Below are positions 38,696-47,570 of a stretch of 64,000 nucleotides of DNA, piece by piece (positions within the stretch are counted from its first letter, which is position 1; every line of letters starts with the position of its first letter). The notes under the pieces are model-generated. The model searched no databases. It was not told the DNA's origin and saw only the letters and a program-made list of their open reading frames with translations. A program made the translations under genes and the position numbers. This DNA is from an uncultured bacterium (GTDB lineage Bacteria > UBP14 > UBA6098 > B30-G16): the NCBI GenBank assembly GCA_964443405.1, contig CAYUDB010000001.1:2752-66751 (forward strand). The letters run 5' to 3'.

Positions 38696-38987
38696 TTTGC
38701 CTCCCTGTGTAGTTTTTTGTGCAATTTACCCCTTCATGACCAAATGCGCAATCAATAAAACGGTGTTCTCGCGTTATTAAAGTTTTACGCAAAAATTTGA
38801 ATGCCGTTTTAACATTTACCACAAGCTATAATGCACAAATTTCAAAAAATGTCAATGCAAATTTTCACTTTTTCAAATTTTTTACTAAAAAATGAAAAAT
38901 GAAGGAATATTTTGCTCAATTTGCGAAACCCATTGTGCGGTGCTTTTTCTTTGTGAAATTGCTGTTTTCTGTTGCTATTCCATAAAA

Positions 38988-40091
38988 ATGCGTCAAATTA
39001 TTCGCATGGACGACAAACTAAAGCTAATACTTGAGGCTTCGGCAAAGCTCGCGGAAGTACGCGACTTGCACACGATACTCATAACCGTAACCGACCTAAC
39101 CAAAAAGCTTTTGGCTGCGGATAGATGCGCGCTTTTTTTGCACGATAAAAAACGCTCCGAATTGTGGACTATTGTGGCACATGGAGTTTCCGAAATTCGC
39201 GTGCCCGATAATGCAGGTGCAGTAGGCGCTGCTTTTCACACGCGGCAAATCATCAATATCCCCGATGCGTACGCCGACAGCCGTTTCAATCCCGAAGTCG
39301 ATAAGCGCACGGGATATCGCACCCGCAATATACTTGCTATGCCCATGTTAAATTTGCAGGATGAAATCATTGGTGTATTTCAGGTTATAAACAAGCTCAC
39401 TTCCGATATTTTTTCGCCCGAAGACATAGACCTGGCACGTTATCTCACTGCATTTGCCGCATCAAATGTAGAAAACGCTTATCTTTACGAGCGGTTGAGG
39501 CTTGCACAACAAGATGTCGTTCATCGACTTTCGCACGCCACGAGTTACAAAGACCCCGAAACCGAAAATCACATTGTCCGTGTTGGGCTATATTGCGAGC
39601 TGATGGCACAAATAATGGGTTTTTCGCCCGAACGCGCGGAACTTGTGAAATTGGCAGCACCAATGCACGATATTGGTAAAGTGGGCATACCCGATCGCAT
39701 TTTGCTCAAGCCCGGCAAACTCGATGCCGATGAATGGGCATTTATGCAAAAGCATGCGCAATTTGGCTTTGAGATTTTGCGCGAAGCCGAAAGTGAGCTT
39801 TTGCAGGTGGCGGCATTAATTGCGCTCGATCATCACGAAAAATGGTCGGGTGGCGGTTACCCAAACGGCAAAATTGGCGCTGATATAACAGTTTACGGGC
39901 GTATGGTGGCTTTGGCGGATGTTTACGATGCGCTCACTTCGAAACGCCCCTACAAAGATGCTTGGTCGCATGAACAGGCTTTTGAGCTTATTGCCACCGA
40001 ATCGGGCAAGCATTTCGACCCAAAACTTGCGGCGATTTTCATCGAAAATGCCGACCGCATAGTTGAGCTTAAGCGCATCTACAAAGACTAA
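38988..40091 (+). CDS. GAF-domain-containing HD-GYP phosphodiesterase (c-di-GMP signalling)
   Basis: GAF N-terminus (CALFLHDKKRSELWTIVAHG...GAVGAAFHTRQIINIPDAY). HD-GYP domain with HD (MHDIGKVGIPD) and GYP (HHEKWSGGGYPNG) motifs. The start is placed at the in-frame ATG at 38988 because the upstream 32 codons are Cys-rich and non-protein-like. Confidence 0.8.
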   Translation: MRQIIRMDDKLKLILEASAKLAEVRDLHTILITVTDLTKKLLAADRCALFLHDKKRSELWTIVAHGVSEIRVPDNAGAVGAAFHTRQIINIPDAYADSRFNPEVDKRTGYRTRNILAMPMLNLQDEIIGVFQVINKLTSDIFSPEDIDLARYLTAFAASNVENAYLYERLRLAQQDVVHRLSHATSYKDPETENHIVRVGLYCELMAQIMGFSPERAELVKLAAPMHDIGKVGIPDRILLKPGKLDADEWAFMQKHAQFGFEILREAESELLQVAALIALDHHEKWSGGGYPNGKIGADITVYGRMVALADVYDALTSKRPYKDAWSHEQAFELIATESGKHFDPKLAAIFIENADRIVELKRIYKD

Positions 40092-40135
40092 TTTCCTCTC
40101 CAGTTGTAAATTTCGACTCAAAGCTTGTGGCAAAG

Positions 40136-40246
40136 CCATTTCAGGGTGCAAAGCGGTGCTCGGAGCCACTTTTAAGGCACCGAAACACTTTCAAAGCGCC
40201 ACTGGTGCAAGATGCACTTTGAATGGTGCAAAGCGGTGCTCGAAGT
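40136..40246. repeat. Four direct copies of a ~14-nt core (CAYTTYNAANGNGC), two of them extended to a 22-nt near-identical repeat GGTGCAAAGCGGTGCTCG(G/A)AG. They lie immediately upstream of a TATAAT box at 40249 and the 40376 gene.
   Basis: Seen directly. 40145-40166 and 40225-40246 are 21/22 identical; intervening copies are at 40166 and 40186. Confidence 0.6.
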
Positions 40247-40375
40247 CATATAATATATGCCATTGTTACAAATGGAAACCGCCATAAAAACACTATGCCG
40301 CGAGTTTTGAGATAATAAAACCATACAACGCTCGATCGAGAGCTTCAAAAACGCAACTGGCGCAAGGAGAAGGAG

Positions 40376-43276
40376 ATGAAATACTATGTAGCAGTTTTGC
40401 TGGCATTTATGGTGACGATGGCATTTGCTTTTGTGGCGGGGAATAATTGTGGCAATGTGAATTTGAGCACACCGAAACTCAAGCGCATGGAAACACAGGA
40501 TTTTCACATGCTCTACGATGATGGTCGTGCCTGCGCACGTTGGGCTTTTCCCAAGCGACGCATGAACTTTTCGGGCGATGACGAAACCATAAAGCAACGT
40601 ATTAGAGCTTTTTGCGCGGCAAACGAACGTTATTTTGGAAATTCGACAACTTTAGGCGAAATATCGGTTTTACGCCGTGCAAATAAAACTTTCGTTAACG
40701 TATCGCAAGAGTTTTGCGGCAGGCAAGTTCTCGACGGTGGAATGTATTTTCGTGTAGCATCGAACGGTTACTTGTGGGCTTGCGGCAGCAAATTTTTCGC
40801 GAATTTCGAAAACGCCACATCGTTCGATGCGAGAGAATACGATGCTGCAATTTTTGCAGCTCAACTTTTTTTACGCGAAGAACTTGGCGTAAGTTCACCT
40901 GTTTTTTTGGGAAATGTGCGCGAGTTATTTTTTCCCGATGGCGACACTGCACGCGCAGCATATGAAATTCAAATGAGCGGAAATTATCCCGACCGCTACA
41001 ATTTATGGTTGAGTTCCAAAGACTTACGCATTTTGGGTTGGGAAAACGAAATTCGATATTACGATGTGAATGGTGATGTGGGAATTTTTCATCAGCCTGC
41101 GTTTTTCGACGATGAACAGGATTCGGCTGCATTTGCGCATGGGCGAATTAGTTTTAGCCAAGTGCAAGATACGCTTACAGATGCACATGGACACTATTAT
41201 TACAATGTGCTTTCGGACGGTGGTTTTCAGCCGTTTAAGAGCTGGCTTTGCGGGTTATATTGCCAGGTGTGGCGCATGGACGGACCTTCGGCATATTTGT
41301 GGGCATATTTTTCGGTTCCATCGGATTGGAGTTTTTGTTGGCGCGATGGCAACTCAATAGTCGATGAACGCAATTTATATTATCACACAACATATTACCA
41401 CGATTACATGAAGTCGCTCGACACAGATTTCGATGTCATGGATTATGCGGTTCCATCACGATGTCGTGTGCCCGACCAGCCCGAAAACGCGTATTGGGAC
41501 GGTTATGGCGCGAACTTTGGCGGCGGCGGCGAACGTTTACGCAACCTCGCTCAATTTAGTAATGTAATATATCACGAATACACACACGGCATAAGCGACA
41601 AAATGTATCGCGACGTTTTTTTTCCATACTCTGCTGAGAGTGGTGCACTTAATGAGGCTTTCAGTGATTTTTTTGCCTGCAGTCGAAATAATACACGTTA
41701 CGCAGGCGAGCGCCTGATGACCGACGATAGTTTTTTGCGCGACCTCATAAACACAAAAACGATGCCGCGTGATTGGGTGAACGAGCCGCATGGCGACGGT
41801 GAAATTGTCGCCGCCGCGTTTTGGAATATTCGTTCGCTTGTTGCACCAACATATGCGACAGCCGAGAGTATTGTGCATTTTGCGCGTTACAGCGGGGCTA
41901 ACACGTTCTACGACTTTGCAATAGAGTGTTTTTTCGTTGCCGATGACGACGACAGTATCGAAAACGGTTGCCGTCTGCTTTCGCCGATAGCGAACAGTTT
42001 TGCAGCACATGGCATTGGTCCTGGACGGTTTCCAACTTTGCTGGGAAATTTCGCCGCAGTTGCTGATGCCGATGGTGATGGATTTATTTCGGCGGGCGAG
42101 GACTTTGTTATTGAGACTAACGTTAAATATATCAACGAGTTTCCATATCCGCGCGCGGAAGGGCTTTTGGCTTATGTTGAGCTTGTGGACGAGCTGGGCA
42201 TATTAGCTTGCGATACGGTTGTTGTGGGCACGCTCGCGCGTAACGACTCGCTTGGTTTAACTTTTTCGCTTACTTTGCCTTACGAGCTTTTGCCGCACTA
42301 TGCGCACGCAGTTTTCTACTGTGGCACTGCGGGCGATTTTGCCGCTATCGACACTATAGAAATACCTGTTGGATATCCTCAGTTGCTCTTGGCAATGGAG
42401 CACGGTAATGACCATATTTTGCGCTTTTTCGCAAATGCACTTCGGGCACATAATGTGGTTTACGATATCGACACTGTGGATGGATCGTTTTCAAACGTCG
42501 ATAACTTATCGAATTATGATGTGGTGCTGCATTTTTCGGGCGATAGCATGAGTTCGCTGAATTCTTTTGCGCAGGAAAGAATATTATCATATTTTAATGC
42601 TGGCGGCAATGTTTTATTCACAGGTCAAGATGTGGCTGACAACACAAGTGCCGCGCTGTTCCTCGACGAATTGTTTGGTGCACAAGTGGCTTCTCTTTCT
42701 ACTGGTGCGCGCATGGTTTCGGGGGTTGATGGCACGGAACTTGGTGATGATGCAAGCTTTACGCTAATTGGTGCACCAGGTGCCGCAAATCAGCGCACGC
42801 CATCGGTGCTTACTCCTAGTGCTGGCGAGGGTTTTGCATTCTATGCGGGCACTGCCGAGGCTTTTGCAGGCGTATCGAAACGTGCCGCCGGCAGAGCAGT
42901 GCTTTTCTCGTGCGGCATTGAAGCCATAGGCAGTGGCACCGGCGGTCGAAAAACGCTTGTTCAGCTGATGCGCAGTTTGCTTGATTATTTCGCTGTGGAA
43001 ACTTACTCGGCTATAGATGCACAAACTATTGTGCCACAAAAATTTATAGTGCGAGCTTACCCAAACCCGTTCAATGCGGCTGTTACAATAGAAACCGCGG
43101 ACACCGGCGATAAACATCTGATTATCTATGATTTACGCGGACAAATCGTCGATGAAAATCGTTTTTCATCCCGTTCTTTCACATGGAACGCGCAAAACAT
43201 ACCATCTGGCGTGTATTTTTATCGTCTCAAGACACCCAAAAGCTCAACTTGCGGCAAACTTCTCCTCACCCGTTAA
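40376..43276 (+). CDS. Secreted M4/M36-like (thermolysin-type) zinc metalloprotease with T9SS C-terminal sorting domain (966 aa)
   Basis: RBS AGGAGAAGGAG. Signal peptide MKYYVAVLLAFMVTMAFAFVAG. Zincin motif HEYTHGISD plus the third zinc ligand ESGALNEAFSDFFA. C-terminal CTD (YPNPFNAAVTIET...LIIYDLRGQIVDE...PSGVYFYRLKTP...LLLTR). Confidence 0.75.
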   Translation: MKYYVAVLLAFMVTMAFAFVAGNNCGNVNLSTPKLKRMETQDFHMLYDDGRACARWAFPKRRMNFSGDDETIKQRIRAFCAANERYFGNSTTLGEISVLRRANKTFVNVSQEFCGRQVLDGGMYFRVASNGYLWACGSKFFANFENATSFDAREYDAAIFAAQLFLREELGVSSPVFLGNVRELFFPDGDTARAAYEIQMSGNYPDRYNLWLSSKDLRILGWENEIRYYDVNGDVGIFHQPAFFDDEQDSAAFAHGRISFSQVQDTLTDAHGHYYYNVLSDGGFQPFKSWLCGLYCQVWRMDGPSAYLWAYFSVPSDWSFCWRDGNSIVDERNLYYHTTYYHDYMKSLDTDFDVMDYAVPSRCRVPDQPENAYWDGYGANFGGGGERLRNLAQFSNVIYHEYTHGISDKMYRDVFFPYSAESGALNEAFSDFFACSRNNTRYAGERLMTDDSFLRDLINTKTMPRDWVNEPHGDGEIVAAAFWNIRSLVAPTYATAESIVHFARYSGANTFYDFAIECFFVADDDDSIENGCRLLSPIANSFAAHGIGPGRFPTLLGNFAAVADADGDGFISAGEDFVIETNVKYINEFPYPRAEGLLAYVELVDELGILACDTVVVGTLARNDSLGLTFSLTLPYELLPHYAHAVFYCGTAGDFAAIDTIEIPVGYPQLLLAMEHGNDHILRFFANALRAHNVVYDIDTVDGSFSNVDNLSNYDVVLHFSGDSMSSLNSFAQERILSYFNAGGNVLFTGQDVADNTSAALFLDELFGAQVASLSTGARMVSGVDGTELGDDASFTLIGAPGAANQRTPSVLTPSAGEGFAFYAGTAEAFAGVSKRAAGRAVLFSCGIEAIGSGTGGRKTLVQLMRSLLDYFAVETYSAIDAQTIVPQKFIVRAYPNPFNAAVTIETADTGDKHLIIYDLRGQIVDENRFSSRSFTWNAQNIPSGVYFYRLKTPKSSTCGKLLLTR

Positions 43277-43329
43277 TTTTGTTTAGTGTAGGCGCATAGA
43301 CGTTACAAAACACTGGCGAAAGCACTAAC

Positions 43330-43360
43330 AAAAAAGCCCTCGGGGAGGTGAGGGCTTTAT
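43330..43360. terminator. Bidirectional terminator hairpin (AGCCCTC-ggggaggt-GAGGGCT) between convergent genes, flanked by A5 and TTAT. It is stronger for the minus-strand kinase gene.
   Basis: 7-bp GC-rich stem seen directly between the stops at 43276 (+) and 43404 (-). Confidence 0.55.
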
Positions 43361-43403
43361 CGTATTGGGATAACTTCGACCTGAGCCGAAGACGGGAGTT
43401 TCG

Positions 43404-44888
43404 TTATTTGCGTTCGGCTGGGAGCCAGACGATGAACTTGGTACCCATGCCAACCTCCGATTCGATATCGATGCGCCCACGGTGCATTTTGACCACGCGT
43501 TGAGCGATAGCCAAGCCCAAACCTGTGCCCTGAATTTTTTTTGTGGCATCAGATTTGACGCGGAAAAATGGGTCAAAAATCGTGGCGACTGCCGATTTTG
43601 GTATGCCTATGCCTGTGTCGGCAACGGTGAGTTCTACGCCATCGCCAGCAATATGCGCGCAAACCGTTACTGTGCCTTCATCTTTGTTGTATTTGATGGC
43701 ATTTGAGACCAAATTTGTGATAAGCTGCATCATAGCGGTTTCATCGGCAGCAATGGGCGGAATTTCGCCAAGTTCAAGCACCACAGTAAGTTTCTTCTCA
43801 AGTGCCGACGATTCGAGCGATGACACAACCTCTTTTACGAGCGCGCCAAAATCGAGTGGCGAGAAATTGCCCTTAAGCTCGGCGGCTTCGGCACGTGTAA
43901 TCGAAAGCAAATCCTTAACCATATCGATTAGCCCTTCGAGCCGGCGTTTCGAGCGCATAAGGTATTCGGTTTTCTTTTCTTCTTCGGTAACGTATCCTTG
44001 TAAAATCATGTCGGTGAAACCGATAACTGCCGCTACGGGTGCTTTAATCTCGTGGCTTACTATGCGCACAAAATTCGATTTGGCGCGATCTAGTTCTGCC
44101 TGATGCGTAACATCTTGCAATATTATTGTTCTGCCGGCTTCCGAACCGTCTTTCGATGGCACGGGAGTTGCGTAAACCGAAAACATTTGTCCTTCGGCAA
44201 GTCCTTCCACTTCAAAAAGTTTTTCATTTTCTTCATTTTCGGGCAATTGGAGCAGTTCGAGCACTGCATCTTTGAGTTTTGATTCGGGCAGTTGCGGTGC
44301 AAGTTGCGATCCTACATCGAGTTTTGAAAGCTGAAGCATCGTTAGCGCTATGCCATTGTAGAGAACGATCTCGCCACGTGTGTTGACTACGAGAACGCCT
44401 TCGCGCAGTGTTGAGAGTATGGATTTTGTGCGTGTGCGTTCTGTGGCAAGTTCCATAAGCCGCTCTTCGCGTTCTTTTCGCAAACGTTCTGCCTCGAGCA
44501 AAAGTCGTCGTCGCTCGGCAACCCTATTTACAACTTGCCGAAGCTGTTGCGGTGTAAACGGTTTTGCCACAAAATCAAATGCACCCTTGCGTGTTGCTTC
44601 CACTGCCGCGTCGAGTGTGGCATAGGCGGTTACTATGAGGAAAACAGAATTTGGGCTTTGGGTGTGGAATTCATCCAAAAGTGTTATGCCATCTACGTCG
44701 GGGAGTTTCAAGTCGAGCAAGTAGATGTCATGGATTTTTTGTGCGGCAATGGCACGTGCGGTCGCACCACTTTCGGCTATGTCCACGTCGAAGCCTTCTG
44801 CCAAAAGTATTCTTTTGCTGCCTTCGCGCATGCCCCATTCGTCATCGACGATGAGCACTCGCATTTTATTTTCGGTTTCGGGTGTCAT
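43404..44888 (-). CDS. Hybrid sensor histidine kinase: N-terminal receiver (REC), PAS-like, HisKA and HATPase_c domains
   Basis: Start placed at ATG 44888 (MTPETENKMRVLIVDDE). REC motifs (LIVDDE...DLKLPDVDG...KPF). HisKA (SHEIKAPVAAVIGF). HATPase (NLVSNAIKY...DTGIGIP...GTGLGLAI). Confidence 0.8.
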   Translation of the reverse strand: MTPETENKMRVLIVDDEWGMREGSKRILLAEGFDVDIAESGATARAIAAQKIHDIYLLDLKLPDVDGITLLDEFHTQSPNSVFLIVTAYATLDAAVEATRKGAFDFVAKPFTPQQLRQVVNRVAERRRLLLEAERLRKEREERLMELATERTRTKSILSTLREGVLVVNTRGEIVLYNGIALTMLQLSKLDVGSQLAPQLPESKLKDAVLELLQLPENEENEKLFEVEGLAEGQMFSVYATPVPSKDGSEAGRTIILQDVTHQAELDRAKSNFVRIVSHEIKAPVAAVIGFTDMILQGYVTEEEKKTEYLMRSKRRLEGLIDMVKDLLSITRAEAAELKGNFSPLDFGALVKEVVSSLESSALEKKLTVVLELGEIPPIAADETAMMQLITNLVSNAIKYNKDEGTVTVCAHIAGDGVELTVADTGIGIPKSAVATIFDPFFRVKSDATKKIQGTGLGLAIAQRVVKMHRGRIDIESEVGMGTKFIVWLPAERK

Positions 44889-44922
44889 GTTATTATGAAT
44901 CTCAGCCAATTGTTTTCGTTGC

Positions 44923-44950
44923 GCGCACTTGCGCAAATTAGCAAGTGCGC
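44923..44950. promoter_or_regulatory. Perfect 10-bp inverted repeat GCGCACTTGC-gcaaatta-GCAAGTGCGC in the 5' leader of the hybrid kinase gene, flanked by an A/T-rich -10-like element. Candidate operator.
   Basis: Seen directly, 35-62 nt upstream of the 44888 start codon on the minus strand. Confidence 0.45.
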
Positions 44951-45073
44951 ATATAAAAATCACTTCGCGCATTCAATTTTGGCTTTTGCCAAACTGCCAA
45001 ATTCTTAAACACTGCGCCAATGGCTTCGCATTTGCTCTGTCGCAAGTGAAGGCAGTTTTGCTTTGGCACAAAA

Positions 45074-45463
45074 CTATTTTTCGAGCAGCTTGCGCAGGCG
45101 TGCCAAAAGGTCGATGGGCGAAATTGGTTTATCGACAAAGTCATCTGCCTTTATCCATTCGCGTTCACCAGCAGAGTCGAGACCAAACGAAAAACCAGTA
45201 ATCGACGCCACTGCAGTGAGCATGAGCAAAGGCATATTCGCAGTGATGGCATTGGCTTTTAGCTTGTGGCACAATACAAAACCTGCGTCGTCGGTTTCCA
45301 TCATGAGGTCCACTATCGCAGCATCTGGGCGCTCGCGAAGCGCAACTTCATATCCGGTGGCACCCGAATTTGCGGTTATAGTCTCGTAACCCGCCGAATT
45401 CAAAACTGCCGACATCTGTTCGCGCAAATCTGGGTCATCGTCCACAATGAGGATTTTCGTCAT
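45074..45463 (-). CDS. Single-domain response regulator (CheY-like REC)
   Basis: ATG at 45463 with AGGAGG RBS. MTKILIVDDDPDLRE...AAIVDLMME...KPI receiver motifs. No output domain. Confidence 0.8.
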   Translation of the reverse strand: MTKILIVDDDPDLREQMSAVLNSAGYETITANSGATGYEVALRERPDAAIVDLMMETDDAGFVLCHKLKANAITANMPLLMLTAVASITGFSFGLDSAGEREWIKADDFVDKPISPIDLLARLRKLLEK

Positions 45464-45531
45464 TTTATTGCCTCCTGTTTTCGTGTAATCGTTTTTTTTC
45501 GCGCTACTGCGCATTTTAAATAGCACGTGTT

Positions 45532-47556
45532 TTATTGAGAATGCATTTCACCAATTAGATTTGTGTCGCCCAAGCCAAAAGGTATTTCAACAGTGATGAC
45601 AGCACCTTTTTCGGGCGCAAGTTTTGATGTGGCACGGATATTGCCTCGGTGCAATTTCACTATGCCATAGGCTATGGCAAGCCCCAAGCCAGTGCCTTTG
45701 CCGATGGGTTTGGTGGTGAAAAACGGTGTGAAAATTCTCGGCAGCACATCATCGGCAATGCCGGCGCCGCTGTCGGAAATTTCGATAATAGCACGAGCGC
45801 CATCTGGTGATTTTCGACAGCTGATTTTGAGTGCGCCGAAACCGCCCATAGCCTCGATGGCGTTTTGAATTATGTTTATGATTACCTGCCGCATTTGGTC
45901 AGAATCGATGTTGATATGTGGCATCTCGGCAAAATCGAACTCAACTTTGACCCCTGCGTTTTTGGAATCGCGTATAAAAGGTTCGACAACTTCGCGCAAA
46001 AAAGCCTGCAAATCGACTTCTGAAAGCACCAGCTTGTTCTGGCGAGCAAAGTTGAGCAAATCGGCAACTATGCGTCGGCAGCGATCGGTTTCGCGCACTA
46101 TAACTTCGATATCCTCACGGCGCGGATCGGTGTTTTCGAAGCTTTCGAGCATAAGGTTCGAATAGAGCAGCACCGTGCCAAGTGGATTATTTACTTCATG
46201 CGCAACACCTGCGGCGAGTTGCCCCATTGCCGCCATTTTTTCGGATTGTATGAGCTGTTTTTGCGCTTCTTTGAGTTGTTTGTGGCTTTCTTCGAGGTCA
46301 CGCACAGCCTTTTCGTGAGCCTCGACTGTGTAGGGTAAGCACATTTCCGATTCGGCAAGCCCTTGTAAAACAGCTATGGCATGTTCGCGACATGTTTTGT
46401 AACCGCATGCACCGCAATCGAGTTCATCGGCACGCACAGTTTTGCCCATGCGCTGAAGCTGAAATTGTATTTGACTTTCGGTAGGTGTGGGCAAAGTGCG
46501 CAAATCGTCACTAAAATTCCGCGACAGGTCGATGTCGGAAACTAAATCCATGTTCGCGCGCCAACGCACCTCGTCAAATTCTTCGGTGCGCTCGCGATAG
46601 TATCGAAGCACATTGTCGCGATGGGCAAAAAGCTTTTCGCGATCTTTAGCTAAAGGTCCGTTAACGCAGCCTTCGCAGAAAAGTAGATCTAAAAAGCGAG
46701 GCTCCATTTCGCCTGCGGCAAAACTGTGCAAAAGTGAGACGATTCGATCTTTGCCTTCGGCGATAAGCAGATCGTTTTTGCTTATGTCGTATTCGATGCC
46801 CGCACTTCGCAGAAGCCCACCCGAAACAGGGAAAAGCGTGCCACGTGAAGGTTGAGGTCCATCGAAAGGCAGCGGCATAGCTTTTGATGTATCGATGCCA
46901 GCTTTTCGGAACATTTCTTTTATCTCGTTGAAAGTGAGCACGATATCGACATCGCCAGCTACTTGTGGCTCGGCGGCTTCAACTTTTTTTGCCACACAAG
47001 GACCCAGAAAAACCACTTTCGATTTTGGGGCAAAAATCTCTTTTACCGCGCGCGCCATGGCTATCATAGGGCTTATAACCGGTGCCAGATTTGGAATGAT
47101 TTCGGGCAAGTATTTTATAACGTAAAACGATATTGCCGGGCAGGGAGTGGCGATTATTGGACTTTTGAGTTTATCGTAAAGACGTTTGTACTCGCGAGCA
47201 ACCATGTCGGCGCCAAAAGCTACTTCCATTACATGCTCAAAACCGAGCACTTTGAGCGCACCTACAAGGCGTTCGGGCGGCTCACAATTTGGAAAAAACG
47301 CCGGAAAGGATGGCGCTACAATGGCGGTTAGCTCATGTGAATTATCCTTGAGCATTTCCCAAACGCGATCGGTGTAGTTTTCGAAGACTTTCGCCTTTTG
47401 ACTGCACACGCGCACGCAGTTACCACAGGAGATGCATCTATCTTCCACTATGAGCGCCTGCCCGCCCACGATTTGGATAGCGTGGGCTGGGCATTCGCGA
47501 ACACAAGTGTAGCATTTACGACATTTTTCGGGTATGGTGTGGACTACTCCACGCAT
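45532..47556 (-). CDS. Sensor histidine kinase with an N-terminal [FeFe]-hydrogenase-like (HydS-like) sensory domain: 2x[4Fe-4S] ferredoxin motifs, an H-cluster-type domain, a Cys-rich linker, HisKA and HATPase_c
   Basis: RBS GGAGGA. CxxCxxCxxxCP twice at the N-terminus. Hydrogenase large-subunit-like region with L1-like ATPCPA, L2-like [10 protein letters not shown] and L3-like [11 protein letters not shown]. Then CGACGYKTC, a coiled coil, an H-box (AHEVNNPLG) and a G-box (DSGAGIA...[10 protein letters not shown]). Confidence 0.75.
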   Translation of the reverse strand: MRGVVHTIPEKCRKCYTCVRECPAHAIQIVGGQALIVEDRCISCGNCVRVCSQKAKVFENYTDRVWEMLKDNSHELTAIVAPSFPAFFPNCEPPERLVGALKVLGFEHVMEVAFGADMVAREYKRLYDKLKSPIIATPCPAISFYVIKYLPEIIPNLAPVISPMIAMARAVKEIFAPKSKVVFLGPCVAKKVEAAEPQVAGDVDIVLTFNEIKEMFRKAGIDTSKAMPLPFDGPQPSRGTLFPVSGGLLRSAGIEYDISKNDLLIAEGKDRIVSLLHSFAAGEMEPRFLDLLFCEGCVNGPLAKDREKLFAHRDNVLRYYRERTEEFDEVRWRANMDLVSDIDLSRNFSDDLRTLPTPTESQIQFQLQRMGKTVRADELDCGACGYKTCREHAIAVLQGLAESEMCLPYTVEAHEKAVRDLEESHKQLKEAQKQLIQSEKMAAMGQLAAGVAHEVNNPLGTVLLYSNLMLESFENTDPRREDIEVIVRETDRCRRIVADLLNFARQNKLVLSEVDLQAFLREVVEPFIRDSKNAGVKVEFDFAEMPHINIDSDQMRQVIINIIQNAIEAMGGFGALKISCRKSPDGARAIIEISDSGAGIADDVLPRIFTPFFTTKPIGKGTGLGLAIAYGIVKLHRGNIRATSKLAPEKGAVITVEIPFGLGDTNLIGEMHSQ

Positions 47557-47570
47557 TTAATTTTCCTCCA

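Noticed and set aside
38892-38987. Upstream in-frame ATG extension of the HD-GYP gene (MKNEGIFCSICETHCAVLFLCEIAVFCCYSIK)
   Set aside because: The 32-aa extension is Cys/Phe-rich and non-protein-like. The GAF domain begins cleanly after the internal ATG at 38988.
44889-44972. N-terminal extension of the hybrid kinase from the ORF-track start
   Set aside because: The extension reads through a perfect 10-bp palindrome and precedes a canonical receiver N-terminus (MRVLIVDDE) by about 36 residues of non-REC sequence. The downstream ATG at 44888 is preferred.
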